Assembly (NCBI RefSeq): GCF_001194135.2
Contig: NC_068981.1
Location: 95,105,048-95,169,047 of the forward strand
Direction of reading: 5' to 3'
DNA from: Octopus bimaculoides
Lineage: Eukaryota
Length of the DNA: 64,000 bases
Below, in pieces: positions 51,073 through 63,030 of the stretch; position 1 is the first letter of the stretch, and each line of letters opens with the position of its first letter. Under the pieces are notes generated by a model. That model was not told the origin of the DNA. It worked only from the letters and a program-made list of their open reading frames with translations, and searched no databases. The position numbers and the translations under genes were made by a program.

Positions 51073-51201
51073 ATAGGGTTTTAGGGTTAGGGTTAGGGTT
51101 AGGGTTATGAGTATTTTTGCCAAATTTGGTGAGAGGCAAAAATACTCATAGCCCTAACTCTAAAACCCGAGCCCTAACCCTAAAACCCTAAAGCTAAAAC
51201 C
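51073..51201. repeat. Palindromic telomere-like cassette: (TTAGGG)4, 16-bp stem with 13-nt loop, degenerate (CCCTAA)n
   Basis: (TTAGGG)4 at 51081-51104; tatgagtatttttgcc 51106-21 pairs with ggcaaaaatactcata 51135-50. Confidence 0.9.
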
Positions 51202-51522
51202 AGTACAAACGCACGAACGATGTCATAAATAACAGTACCGCCGATAGTTGTTGTTGACAAACAACGGCACTAATTTTATTCAAGGGAAAAGTTCCCATTA
51301 CACCGCTAGAACGTGTTGTTTACATTCGACAGCAGTAATTGTTTTCACCTCAAGAGACGTCAGTGATTGGTTGAAATTACCGAAATGCAACAATTCTAAC
51401 ACGAAATAACTTTAAAAAGATAAAATTTTCTCAATAACATTAAGAGTAAAAGATGTTCTATATGACACATTCTACCAGTGTCCCAAGTTTGAAAGTGTTT
51501 CGTTAAGAAAACAAGTGGCGCC
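51135..51522 (+). mobile_element. Unclassified ~390-bp non-autonomous element with telomere-like subterminal repeats
   Basis: Its right end (tatgacacattctaccagtgtcccaagtttgaaagtg...) also occurs inverted at ~41800-41862. Confidence 0.55.
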
Positions 51523-51544
51523 CGCCAAATCAGAAAGATCCAAA

Positions 51545-52418
51545 AATCGAAAACTCAAATATCACGACTAGAGAATTTGCTGAAGAGTTAGAAGTTTCTA
51601 AAAGTACGGTCCATGAACACCTGGTGAAGCTAGGATACATTTCTCGCTATAATGTATGGGTCCCTCACAAGCTCTCAAAAAAAAAAAAAATTGCTTGGGC
51701 CTGTATTCCGTTTGTGATATGCTTTTGAAACGGAATGAAAGCATACCTTTTTTGAAACAACTTGCGACTGAAGATGAAAAATGGATTGTGTACGAAAACG
51801 TAGTGCAAAAAAGATCTTGGAGTTTGCGTAATGATCCCCCAAAACTGCTACCAGAGACGAATATCTATGCGAAGAAAGCTATGCTTTGTGTTTGGTGGGA
51901 TCATAAAGGCATTATTTATTATGAGCTTCTTCCACAAACTCAGACCATTAGTTCTGATGTGTACTATCATCAGCTGGCTAATTTGAACCAAAAAATCAAA
52001 GAATTGAGGTCGGAGATTGCTAACAGGAAAAGGGTAGTGTTCCAACACGATAATACCCGACCATATATGCCTTTGGCTACCTGAACAAAGTTACATGAAC
52101 TTGGCTAGGCTCTCTTATCCCATCCACCATATTCTGATATTTCGCCATCCGACTACCGCTTGTTTTTGTCTCTACAGAACTCATTGCAAGGAAAAACATT
52201 TAACGATTTAGATGCAATCAAAATGCACCTAGACAACTTTTTTTTCTTCAAAATCAGTCAAATTTTATGCTGATGGAATATTTAAATTACCCAATAAATG
52301 GGCAAAAGTCATTAGTAATGACGAAAATTATTTCATTGAATAAAATTCATTGAACGGTCAATTATTTATATCACTTTGTGCATATTAAAAGGCGCTCACA
52401 ATTTTCCGGACAACCTAA
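51545..52418 (+). mobile_element. 5'-truncated mariner
   Basis: VWVPHKL, LATEDEKWIVYEN, AMLCVWWDHKGIIYYELL, FQHDNTRP, HPPYSDISPSDY; 3' TIR cacaattttccggacaacctaa-ta. Confidence 0.93.
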
Positions 52419-52608
52419 TATATTTTCTGTGAGAAAAACGTACGCTCTGAATGCATATAATAAATATAATTATTAAATACTACATTTTCGTTTGGGCGCT
52501 GGCTGCAAAGCGTGAGCTTAGAACAATGATTCTCAAACAGGAGGCACTTTGTTATCAGTGGAGGGATTTCAGTTATGAGAGGAAAACTAAACACGAAAGA
52601 ATGTACAA

Positions 52609-52645
<37 letters not shown>

Positions 52646-53830
52646 AACACACACACTAAAGTACATTGGAATCGTGCCAGTGACTAGTAGTGCGACGAAA
52701 TTTTTGACACCATGTGAAGCTAACAAACTCCGGACCTTAGTGAGTGGCTAATATGTGTCTTCCACGCTGTAATTGTTATATGAAGGCGACGTATGAGTGT
52801 TCAGCTTTAGCCGAACGACCTGCACAAATGATTTGTTTATAGTGATCAGATATATGTGCTGTACATTAGCTCACTTCCTCTATCAAATCGATGTCGCCTG
52901 AACACGTGCACGGTGTACCACGTGTCAGGTGTCGAAATGNNNNNNNNNNNNNNNNNNNNNNNNNNNNNNNNNNNNNNNNNNNNNNNNNNNNTATATATAT
53001 ATATATATATATGTAGCGAGGCACAAGAAGCCATCGCCATTTTGAACGAGATTTCGCCGGTAGCCATTGCCAAGCGCGAGACAAGAACGAGATCTCGCTT
53101 GCGCGATACAACAACGAGATTCTCGCCAGCAACCAGTATTTAAGCAAGAAACCACGACATTCACATTCATAAACCCTCCATTCCATTATACATACATACA
53201 TGCATGCATGCATACATACATACATACGTACGTACGTACGTGCATACATACATACATACATACATACATACATACATAAATACACACACACGCATGCATG
53301 TACGCACGCACACACGCACGCACACACACACATACCGGATGAAATACCATTATACACAACCACAAAGGTGATCACAAATTAATAGTAAAAACAAACAAGC
53401 AAACAAACAATTCCTGCTCCAGACTTAATCCCGCTTGAGAGTATTCAATTATCGAGGTTTGAAATGCGTGCTAATGTTAATATTATCGTCGAGTGGAATT
53501 TGTTAATTGGCTTTTAGAAGTTGCCAACGACTGGAGGTCTAGACTTGACAGCAGGGATGAAGGCCAGCATCACTTAACATACGTAACCCGAATTGTCAAT
53601 GCCTGTCTGAAATATATTCTGAGACAAAGCTGAAAAACAGTTTCATATCTGTAAGCTTGTCTTTTTTTTTTAAAACTAAGTTTCACAGTTGTTGACATTG
53701 GGGATTAGCTGAGACAAAAATAAAATGACAAAAACGAATAAAGATTTCCAAAATTTAACATTTACTTTTCAGATTTCCATGACAATAAAATAAATGCTTT
53801 TGGCCTTCCCTACATTTTATTGGGGTATTA

Positions 53831-54023
53831 CCGTATTTTCCGGCACACAAGTCGAATTTTTCAGACCCAAATTTACAGCCAAAACGGTAGGTCGACTTAT
53901 ACACCAAGACGACTTTGGAAAACAGAAATTTCATTTGAAATGCGGCAGGATTTTGAAAGATTGTGACGATGTTAGAATGGTTTTATAATGTGTTTACGTC
54001 AACTTGTATACCGGAAAGTACGA
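53831..54023. mobile_element. Tc1/mariner-type MITE (193 bp)
   Basis: ta-ccgtattttccggcacacaagtcga / tcaacttgtataccggaaagtacga-ta. Confidence 0.8.
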
Positions 54024-54324
54024 TAAACCAAATGGAAGTTTTATGATCCATTGAGATAAGGATCTAATTTTAATTCGATTGCAATTAATAAAAAAAAAAA
54101 TTAATGCTTTAAGTTGTTTCTATGTATTTCTCACATCCCAGTTATTTTCCTTCATCATTTATACATACTTCTTATTTATTTCTTTTGTTTTAAACATTGG
54201 GCTGTGGTCCAATTAATTTATCAATAACAAACATTATTTGGGAGCTTCAAGATTGGATTATTGAGATAATCATTTAGTTCCCTGTATCTTTAACATTGGT
54301 TTACTCAGAATGTAAAGATGGACT

Positions 54325-54622
54325 AAATGCCACTAAACATTTTGTCCGGCGTGCTAGCAATTCTACCAGCTCACCACCTTTAGTGTATCCTTAATATTAC
54401 CACTTCGGAAGGCGTCGAGCTAGCAGAATCGTTACCGCATAGGATAAAAGGCTTAGCAGCATGTTTTCCGACTTTACGTTTTGAGTTCAAATGCCACCGG
54501 AGTCAACTTTGCCTTTCATCTTTTCAATAAAATAAACAGCAGTTGAGCACCGGGGTCGATGTAATCGATTTACTCACTTCCCAGAAAATGCTGGCCTTGT
54601 GCCAAAATTTGAAACCAATATT
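54325..54622. mobile_element. Back-to-back SINE family B: minus-strand head fragment plus a full plus-strand copy
   Basis: Minus head ends ~54380; plus head starts ~54405. Confidence 0.8.
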
Positions 54623-55233
54623 CTCACTTTGGTTGAATATAATGTTTTTGGTGAATATCAACTGATTCAAATAACTTATTTGTTCAGACCTGAAATAGAT
54701 AGACTCGGTAAAAAGCATACATATTCCAAAATACGTTACATTAAATGCCCTGTGATTTAAAATAGAAGGCTGTGGATCATTTGGTACCGAGCCGCACAGA
54801 AAAAATGATTTTTAAAGTTTTATTTCTATTTCTACTATCACAGTCTGCAGGGTGTTTTATTTTGAAAAATTACCACTTCAATCTGTGCCTCTTTACTGCA
54901 TTTCTCTAAATCAGTTTTTCTTTTCTTTTTTCACTGTACCGAGTAATGAAGTCCACAGACTAACTAAGATCGCGTGATACCTTGGTCTGTGGAAAATTTC
55001 TTTCGTGAAATTGATCTGTGATGCAAGAAAGATTAGGAACAGCTGATTAAAAAAACACACACTTTGTGTATGCAGCATTCTAGTACAGTTAGCGAGGTAA
55101 TATTATTTCTTGTGTACATATTGGAAACGACAATTATAGAGTCGATTACTTAGAGTCATGCAGCTGGTACATATATTTTTTCTCAAAACACTGGAAAATA
55201 GTGTTCTTAACTATTTTCATTATTAAATAGCTT

Positions 55234-57045
55234 TAAGGAAGCGAGCTGGCCGAATCGTAAAACGCACCGGACAAAATGCTTAGCGGCATTTCGTCCGTCT
55301 TTACATTCTGAGTTCAAATTCCTTTTGCCTTTCATCTTTTCGGGGTCGATAAATTAAGTACCAGTGAAACTGTGGGGTCAATATAATCGATTAGTCTTTT
55401 CCCCTCAAAATTTCAGACCTTGTGCCTTTAGTAGAAAAGATTTAAATTGCTTTAAGGCGGCGAGCTGGCAGAATCGTTAGCACGCCGGGTGAAATGCTTA
55501 GCGGTATTTCGTCTGCCGTTACGTTCTGAGTTCAAATTCCGCCGAGGTCGACTTCGCCTTTCATCCTTTCGGGGTCAATAAATTAAGTACCTGTTACGCA
55601 CTGGGGTCGATGTAATCGACTTAATCCCTTTGTCTGTCCTTGTTTGTCCCCTCTATGTTTAGCTCCTTGTGGGCAATAAAGAAATAAGAATCGTTAGCAC
55701 GCCGGGGAAAACGCTTAACGGTATTTCGTCCATCTTCTGAGTTCAAATTGCCCCGAGGTCGACTTTGCCTTTCATCCTTTCGATGTCGATAAAACAAGTG
55801 CTAGTCATGTACTAGGGTCGATGTAATCGACTTACCCCTTCCCCGAAATTGCTGGTCTTGTGCCAACATTTGAAACGGTTATTAAATAACCTTTAAAGAC
55901 GGTGAGCTGGTAGAACCGTTAGTACCCCGGATGAAATACATTGTAGTGTTTCGTTCGTCTTTACGTCCTGAGTTCAAATTACACCGAGGTTGGCTTTGTC
56001 ATTCACCCTTTTGGGGGTCAATAAAATAAGTGCCAGCTGACCACTAGAGTCGCTGTAATTGGCTAGCCCTTCCCTTTAAAACTGCTGTCCTTGTGCCAAA
56101 ATTTTAAACTTATGATTAAACAGTCTTTAAAAAGTGGCGGATTTTTCAAAATCGCTTCAGCGTTAGACAAAATGTCTTGCAGTATTTGTTTCGGCTCAAT
56201 ACATTCTGTGTTCAAATCCTGCCGGGATGAACTTTACCTTTCATCCATCCGACATCGATAAAATAAGGTACCACATCAAATACTTAGCCGATATAATCGT
56301 CTAATCCCTGCTCTCAAAATTGCTGGACTTTTACCTAAATCAGAAATAATTATAAAACTGTTTTTACAGGGTGATGGATTGTCAAAATCGTTAGAGCGTC
56401 GGACAAAATGTTTTGCATTATTTATTATGGCTGTTTAGGTTCTGAGTTCAAATCACGTTGATACTAGTTTTTCTTTTCATCTTTTCGGGGTCAATGAAAT
56501 AAAGTTCCAACCTACTGGAGTCAATGGTATCAGCTAGCTTTCTTTCCTCATAATTGCTGACCTTGAGCTTAAACCGGAAACTATTATTAAAAGCCTACAT
56601 AGGACGGTGGATTTGCAAAATTATTCGATCGATGGACAAAATACTTTCAGTATTTATAGCGGCATTTTACACTCTGAGTTCGACTCCAGCAGAGGTTAAA
56701 TTCACCTTTCATCCTTCAGGGTCATTAAAATACGGTATCATTTAAGTACCAGGGTCGATATAATCAACTGTTCCTTTAACCTAAATTTTAGACCTTGTCT
56801 CCATGTAAGAAACCAATATTCGGGTCGTTGGATTAGCAGACTCATTAGAACGTCGGTCATAACAAATATTGCATGACCATGCGATATTCGTTCCGGCTTT
56901 ACGTTCTGAGTTCGAAACCCACCGAGACCAGCTATGTCTTTCATTCTTTTGCGGTCGATAAAATAAAGAAGTGCTCAAGACGATTTAAGCGACTAACCCT
57001 TCTCTCAGAATTTCTGGTCTTGTACCTATGTTAGGAACAGTTTTC
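55234..57045 (+). mobile_element. Head-to-tail array of 8 SINE family B copies
   Basis: Unit starts ~55234, 55453, 55687, 55894, 56128, 56365, 56600, 56821; each has a tRNA-like head, (ct)g(a/t)gttc B-box and a variant of the ctttcatc core. Confidence 0.9.
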
Positions 57046-57289
57046 AAATAGTCTTTCGTAAATGACGACAATTTCCAAAACTAAGATAAAATTCTTTACG
57101 CTTAACCCCTAATATCAACTACAACAACTAATTGAGTGTTGGAAATAATCATATTACAATCAAACTTAATGATTAAAACAGTAATCTATACCAGTACTGT
57201 TTAATTTATTTGCCATCCTTATTCATTTGTTCTATTTTTGTTGATAGAAAAAAAAAAGTTCATGCCTTGTAAAGACATAATATTAGTGG

Positions 57290-57425
57290 AACATCAATGC
57301 GACAACGGATAAGTTCATATATCTCGGGGCCGTATTCACGAGTAATGGGAAGCAGGCGGGTGAATTGGCTGCTCGAACAGTAGGTGCAGGCACAGTAATG
57401 CGCCAGCTCCAGTGTTCGATTCCCA
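57290..57425 (+). mobile_element. RTE-clade RT fragment
   Basis: DKFIYLGAVFTSNG..ELAARTVGAGTVMRQL (FxYLG motif). Confidence 0.6.
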
Positions 57426-57523
57426 GAAGACGAGAGATTAATAATAAATAAATGAGTAGATAAATAAACCAATCTCATTATTTTCAATTTATTTTCGCGC
57501 CTAACCTCGCCTATGGTCATGAA

Positions 57524-60500
57524 TGTTGAATAATGAACGAAAGAGCGATCGTAGAGTAGTCGTCCTTTCTGGCTTGAAGCTGGGGAGAGCTTACACGTGG
57601 ATATAACTGTGATGTCTTGCTGGTTTTCTATGACCTGACGCTTGGAGGGATTGTCGTCGATTGCAACTTGAAGTAAGAACAAATTTATTTGTGTCTTACA
57701 ACAAGCTATTTCGCACGTCGTTACCAGTTGTGAAGATACGCCTTAGTTTTTTTTCTCCTCGTTTTGGCACTCCTGCCTTTCCGACCGCCGACGCGCGATG
57801 ACCACAAAAATCAGAATCAGTAGCGATATATTGAGACCATTTGCTGGGGAAGGTGATATAGTGGCCTGGATAAAAAAAAGGTGGGACTTGTGGCAAAGAT
57901 GCTGGGTATTGAAGATGTGGCTAGCTTTATGCAGCTATACTTAAAAGGCAGTACGCTGAATCTCTACATAGAAATAGACAAAGCGGATCAGGTGAAAGTG
58001 GAAAAAATTGAAGAGCGTCTGAAGGACGCGTACTCGGAAGGGACTTCAAAGCCTACAACAAGCTCGGGAGAGTAAGATGAACGGGCTAGCAGGCCGATAA
58101 TTTTGTGAGCGAGATAAAAAGGTTAACGGGCTTAGCAAGGTTTACTGGAGAAGCGATGGAGCGGATGAGCAGCGATGGAATACCAATGGAACGATAGAGC
58201 GATAAAGCTGGCTTTTGTGACCGGATACCCCGATCATATCCCAGTACGTTTGCAGCAAATGCCGGACATTGAAACGATGTCAGTAGGAGAAATGGTGGAT
58301 AAGACGCGAGTGTTGATGCAAAACAACACGCTCGACGTTGTGGCAACAGTGATGGCGGATATGAGTAGAACAAAGAGGCAAGCGACAACAGGAGTATGGT
58401 TAGACGAACGGCTAAGGAACCATGCTTTAGCTGTCAGGATCTGCACATGGTCAAAGAAAAATCAAAGGTAGTGTGTTATCGATGTGCCCATCTTCGGCAC
58501 ATAGCGAACTATTGTAAGCAGGGAAACGAGGAGAATGGGAATTACTGAGCCGCTAGCCCCCCTCCCCCCACCAACCCACTGAAGGCGTACTACCTGTCGT
58601 TGCCTGTAATAAGGTTTCTGGGGGCGGGAGGAAGCACGAGCCCTTGTAGATACGGGTTGCACAACCATCCTGGTAACCATGAGAATAGTTGAGAGCTGGA
58701 GAGGAAACATCAGTCTCAATACGGTGGATGGCAGGGAAGTCAAATGATGCGTCAGCGAATTGGAACTGGAGATACAGGTGTCAGTGTTAAAGCTGTAGGT
58801 GTTTGTAGTTGATGAGATGGTGGACTGTGTCGACGTAGTGGACGAAATGGACGTGATCCACGTTTGGGCGGCGTCACGGTTAGCGGAGCAGGAGTAAAAT
58901 TTCGTGACCGGTGTGCTGTGAGCTGTAAGCGTGGAGCAGAGAAAGAAAGCAGTAGGGGTGACAGGTTATCATCAACGAGAGGGGACACCGTAGGCGCAAT
59001 TGAAGATGAGGACTTCCGTGCAGAGTTCGACGGCGAAAGATAGACGGTAGAGTACTATTGGAAAGAAGAACCCCCATGCTAAGAAAAAAGGTAAGTTGCT
59101 ATGAACACACCCTGAAAGGAGAAGCCAGGTTCGGGTTCGAGAGAGAAGTGGACAGATGGATAGAGGAAGGTATTTTAATACCATAAAGAGAAGAGACGAC
59201 GAGTGGTGTGCTGCCGTTGATGGTTGTAATTCAGCTGACAAAAGATAAGGTTTCAACAGTGTTGGACTTTCGAGAGTTGAGCGAGCACGTGTCCCGCTAC
59301 ATAGACAATGAGGCAGCGGATGTGTGTGAGAAAACTCTGCGGGAGTGGAGGCAAATGACAAGAGCGACTCCGATCGTCGACTTCAAATCGGCCTATCTGC
59401 AGCTCCACGTGTCCGAGAAGTTGTGGAGGTACCAACTAGTGAGGTATAGGCCAGAACATACTGTCTAACTCGGCTGGGTTTTGGCCTAAGTTCAGCGCCG
59501 AAGATCGTAGCGAAGGTCCTTAATGCGGTTTTGGGAAAATAAACTACAGTGGAGCAGGCTATCAGTTCATATACTGATGACATCCTGGTCGATGAGAGCG
59601 TGACATCGGCAGAGGAAATCGTGAATTATCGTAGGATGTTCGCATTGACAAAACCACCAGAGGCTATAGAAGGAGGTTCAGGCTCGAACGAGATAAAGCG
59701 AGTAGGCTTGTGTTTCGCAGAGGAAACGAGATTACGGACTTGTATCAGGATATGAATAGTCGAGGGTTGTTCTCGATGTGTGGGAAGCTGATAGATCACT
59801 ACCCTGTCGTAGGATAGCTCCGAACGGCATGTAGCTATATTGAAAGGCGAGCAGAAGGAGTGAACTTGGGTGATAAAGTGGGAGAGAAGACGACTGAGAA
59901 TGGGAACCGAAGATCCAGTGAAGGGCAGCTGGTATGTACCTGACACAAAAAAAAGGAATCGTGTGGTGTGACGCAAGCAGTGTAGCGTTGGCAGTCATTC
60001 TAGAAATAGGAGGTGTTAAGGTGGAAGACGTGGTGTGGCTCAAGAAGAACGACTACAACCACATCATTGTAGCTCAACTGGACGCTGTATTAAAGGTTCT
60101 GAACCTCGGACTGAGAGGGTGACTGCAAGCTGTCGAGATTCGGACCGATTCTTCCACGGTACGGGGGTAGGTGGCATCAGTGATCACCAACCAGAAGGGG
60201 ATCCACATGAAGGAGGCACGGAAATGGTGATTAAGCGTCGCCTGGGAATCGTGAGGGAGCTAGCCGCTGAGTTCGGCCTGAAGTTGCATGAGTTTTTCGT
60301 GCCCTCGGAAAAGAATAAGGCGGATGTTCTAACCAGAGTAAAAAAAGCACTGGCTGGAAACGACAAAGGATGTTTCGAGTTGAGTGGTTGAAGCTTGTAG
60401 GCTGGAGGGCCCAAAACTGAGGAGGTTGCACAACATGCACTAGATGGAGGTGGACAGGACGTTGTTTTGGGCCAGGACGGTCGACCTCGATGTCAACAGG

Positions 60501-61664
60501 GAGAGCGTTCGGAAGGTAGTGAGGAATTGCAACTGGTGCCAATCCATCGACCCTACACCGAGTGCTCACGAAACAGGAAAGATTCGGGTGGAGGAAGACT
60601 GGAAGAGGCTAGCCATAGACCTGATACGCTATCGGGGAAAGGTTTCCAATGGTCGACTATTGGCCGGGGCAGATGACTCTATGGAGAGAGATCGGGGTAG
60701 AGGCTGCGGCCGAAATCGCAGAAGTTCTGAACGCAGTGTTTTTGGAAAGAGGGCCTGTAGATGAGTTTTTCGCTCAGAGAAGGTGAGGGAGATGTTCGAA
60801 TGGTGAGACATAAAACGTTTCTTCAGAGTTGCATACAGGCCCGATGGAAATGGGATTGTGGAACGGCACCATCGAACGGCTGAGAAGGGACTGAGAGGGG
60901 ACGAATCTCCCCTATGGAGGCAGTCATCTGGTACAACATGTCGCCCAGGGCAGGGCAAATTGAAGAGTCAGTCCCGCCAAGGGCCATATTCCAGTACAAA
61001 TGAATATACACGAGTGTGGTGCCACAACAGCCAGAGGTGGAAGGGTTCACATCTGTACAGGTCGGAGACGAAGTGTGGTTGAAGTCTCCGAATGCTCGGG
61101 GTACAACTTAGTGGGAGAAAGGAAGGATGACCGCGATCAGTACTCCGAATAATGTATCAGTGGATGCAATGCCGCGTCACATTTTGGACATTTGAAAGGT
61201 GATTAGCTTTTTCGATGACGAAGGGGAGGGAGAGGTCGTCTTGTGACCCTGTTGAGATCTCAACGGGAAGGTCGCCCCGACCACAGGAGGATGGACGATT
61301 TCGAAACGGAATAGAGGAGCAGTGATTTTTTGATCAGGGATGAGGGACGTGTGGGGAGAAGGATGAGTGACCGGAAGGGACGTCACGAAGGGACAGGAAG
61401 GGAGAGGAAATGACACCACGTCAAGAACCGGCGGGTTCAAACAACCTCTTTCTTACGGGTCTGTGGCGAGCGAGAGATCAGTGCTGCAAGCGATCGTAGA
61501 GTAGTAGTCTTTTCTGGCCAGAGGCTGGGGAGAGCTTATACTTGGATACAGCTGTGAGGTCTTGCTATTTTCCTGTGATCTGACGTTTCGAGGGATTGTC
61601 GCCGATTGCAATTCGAGGCAAGAGCAACCTTTATTTGTGCCGAAACTCGGATTGTTTCGTCACA
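57524..61664 (+). mobile_element. Decayed Ty3/Gypsy provirus (gag-PR-RT-RH-IN)
   Basis: Gag from 57798 (RPFAGEGDIVAWIKK..); CCHC knuckle CYRCAHLRHIANYC 58474-58515; protease ALVDTGC 58649; RT DFKSAYLQL, LGFGLSSAP, YTDD 59570-81; RNase H WCDASS; integrase GNGIVERHHRT; PPT ~61221-35; related LTR segments 57541-57693 and ~61488-61640; many stops and frameshifts. Confidence 0.95.
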
Positions 61665-62449
61665 GTTTGTTTCAACTCTGCTTTCTTTGTTCCTATCAAT
61701 TTACTTGTACCTCAGTACTCAGCAATTACTCTAACCTTATTTCTTTTATATATGAAAAATTATCTGAAGGTCACTTCAAACTGCAAGCGGTTCCCGATAG
61801 ATGACATCATCTTTCAACCCTTTTCCTTCCTTATTTCCCGAACACAAACTTCTTCCAAGACTATGAAACTGAAAACGTCTACTAACCAGCAGCAATGTAA
61901 ATGGAATATTATTTATACTACCTCTCTCAGTTAATTTGAGTCACTTTATCCTTCAGTTTTGGAGGCGTAAAATATGGCTGTGGGTGTAGCTCACTTCTCC
62001 TAAACTAACATAAAAAAGCTCTCTCGTCAGTATCGGTTACAATTGGAGTGGCATTTCGCTACCTAGCTGTCTAAACATAAATTCTTTACTACTTACATCA
62101 ATAGATGTCCAATGAATTTTACAGTCGAAGCTTCACTTCTTTAGTTAGAGCATCATGGCAGAAATCCAATTTTTTCTAAGCTTGCTAGATTTATCTGACA
62201 TTTTCATTTGGTATCCTACTGTTTGAGATTCAACCCCCCCCCACCAAAAACAAAATAAAAAAAAACAATGTATAAATAATCGTCATTGTTTTCACTCTGC
62301 CAAAATGCTATCCTAAGTCACTGACACTATAAATGAAACTTGTTCAAATCTCTGATTCATTCACAAATGGCATCATCTCACACACCAATCCTTCTTTATT
62401 TTCTGTACACAAATTTCATCCAATCCGAACTACTTTTAGCAATTACTCG

Positions 62450-63030
62450 CGACTGGCACTCAGCTTGATAGCGACTGACTGCGCATCAGCGTTTCCCTGA
62501 AGCCTGGCCTCCAGATCTGTGAACCTCACAAATGTCGCTGCGGATACACTATGGATTCTTTCGACCTCCACCTATTGTCATGCCATCATAGTGCTGGCCC
62601 CCTTCCACGTCATGCTGCTCTTAGCGAAATCATAAAGCATGGTCTAGACGCCGCAGGCTTCCCTCCCAGCTCGAGCCAGCGGGGCGAGTCCGAGGAGACG
62701 GTAAAAGGCATGACCGTATGACAACTTTCAATTTTCCCGATCAATGATGGTAGGCCCTTCATCTGGGATGTCACGTGCTGTCACATCTTCTTCAGCGGCA
62801 GCTTGGTGTGTTCAGCTAACAGCTCAGGCTCCGTTGCTCGTCAGGCTGAGAAAGGCAAACTATCAAAGTATCGGTCACTCTCTGATAGGTTTATGGGCGA
62901 GCCTGTGACAGTGGAGACCACCGGCGTTCTCGGCCCCCAAGGATCGCTGTCCACAAGTGCAAGCCCCGTGAGTCAGAGTGGCTGTTCCAACGCTTTCCCA
63001 CTCGCCTTTTCCATTACATCTGCTGGAACC
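62450..63030 (+). mobile_element. CRE-like non-LTR retrotransposon C-terminal fragment
   Basis: CEPHKCRCG..HLLSCHHSAG.RHAALSEII..LEP..GDGKRHD..WDVTC..AEKGKLSKY..PVTVETTGVLGP..WLFQR; CCHC plus restriction-like endonuclease pattern. Confidence 0.8.

Noticed and set aside
51081-51104. True telomere fusion site
   Set aside because: Only four perfect repeats, and the arms share non-telomeric sequence; a mobile-element origin is more parsimonious (kept as a finding in that form).
55234-57045. CRISPR array or tRNA gene cluster interpretation of the ~230-bp periodicity
   Set aside because: The host is eukaryotic with no cas genes; the long units are homologous SINEs rather than unique spacers; heads lack a complete cloverleaf.
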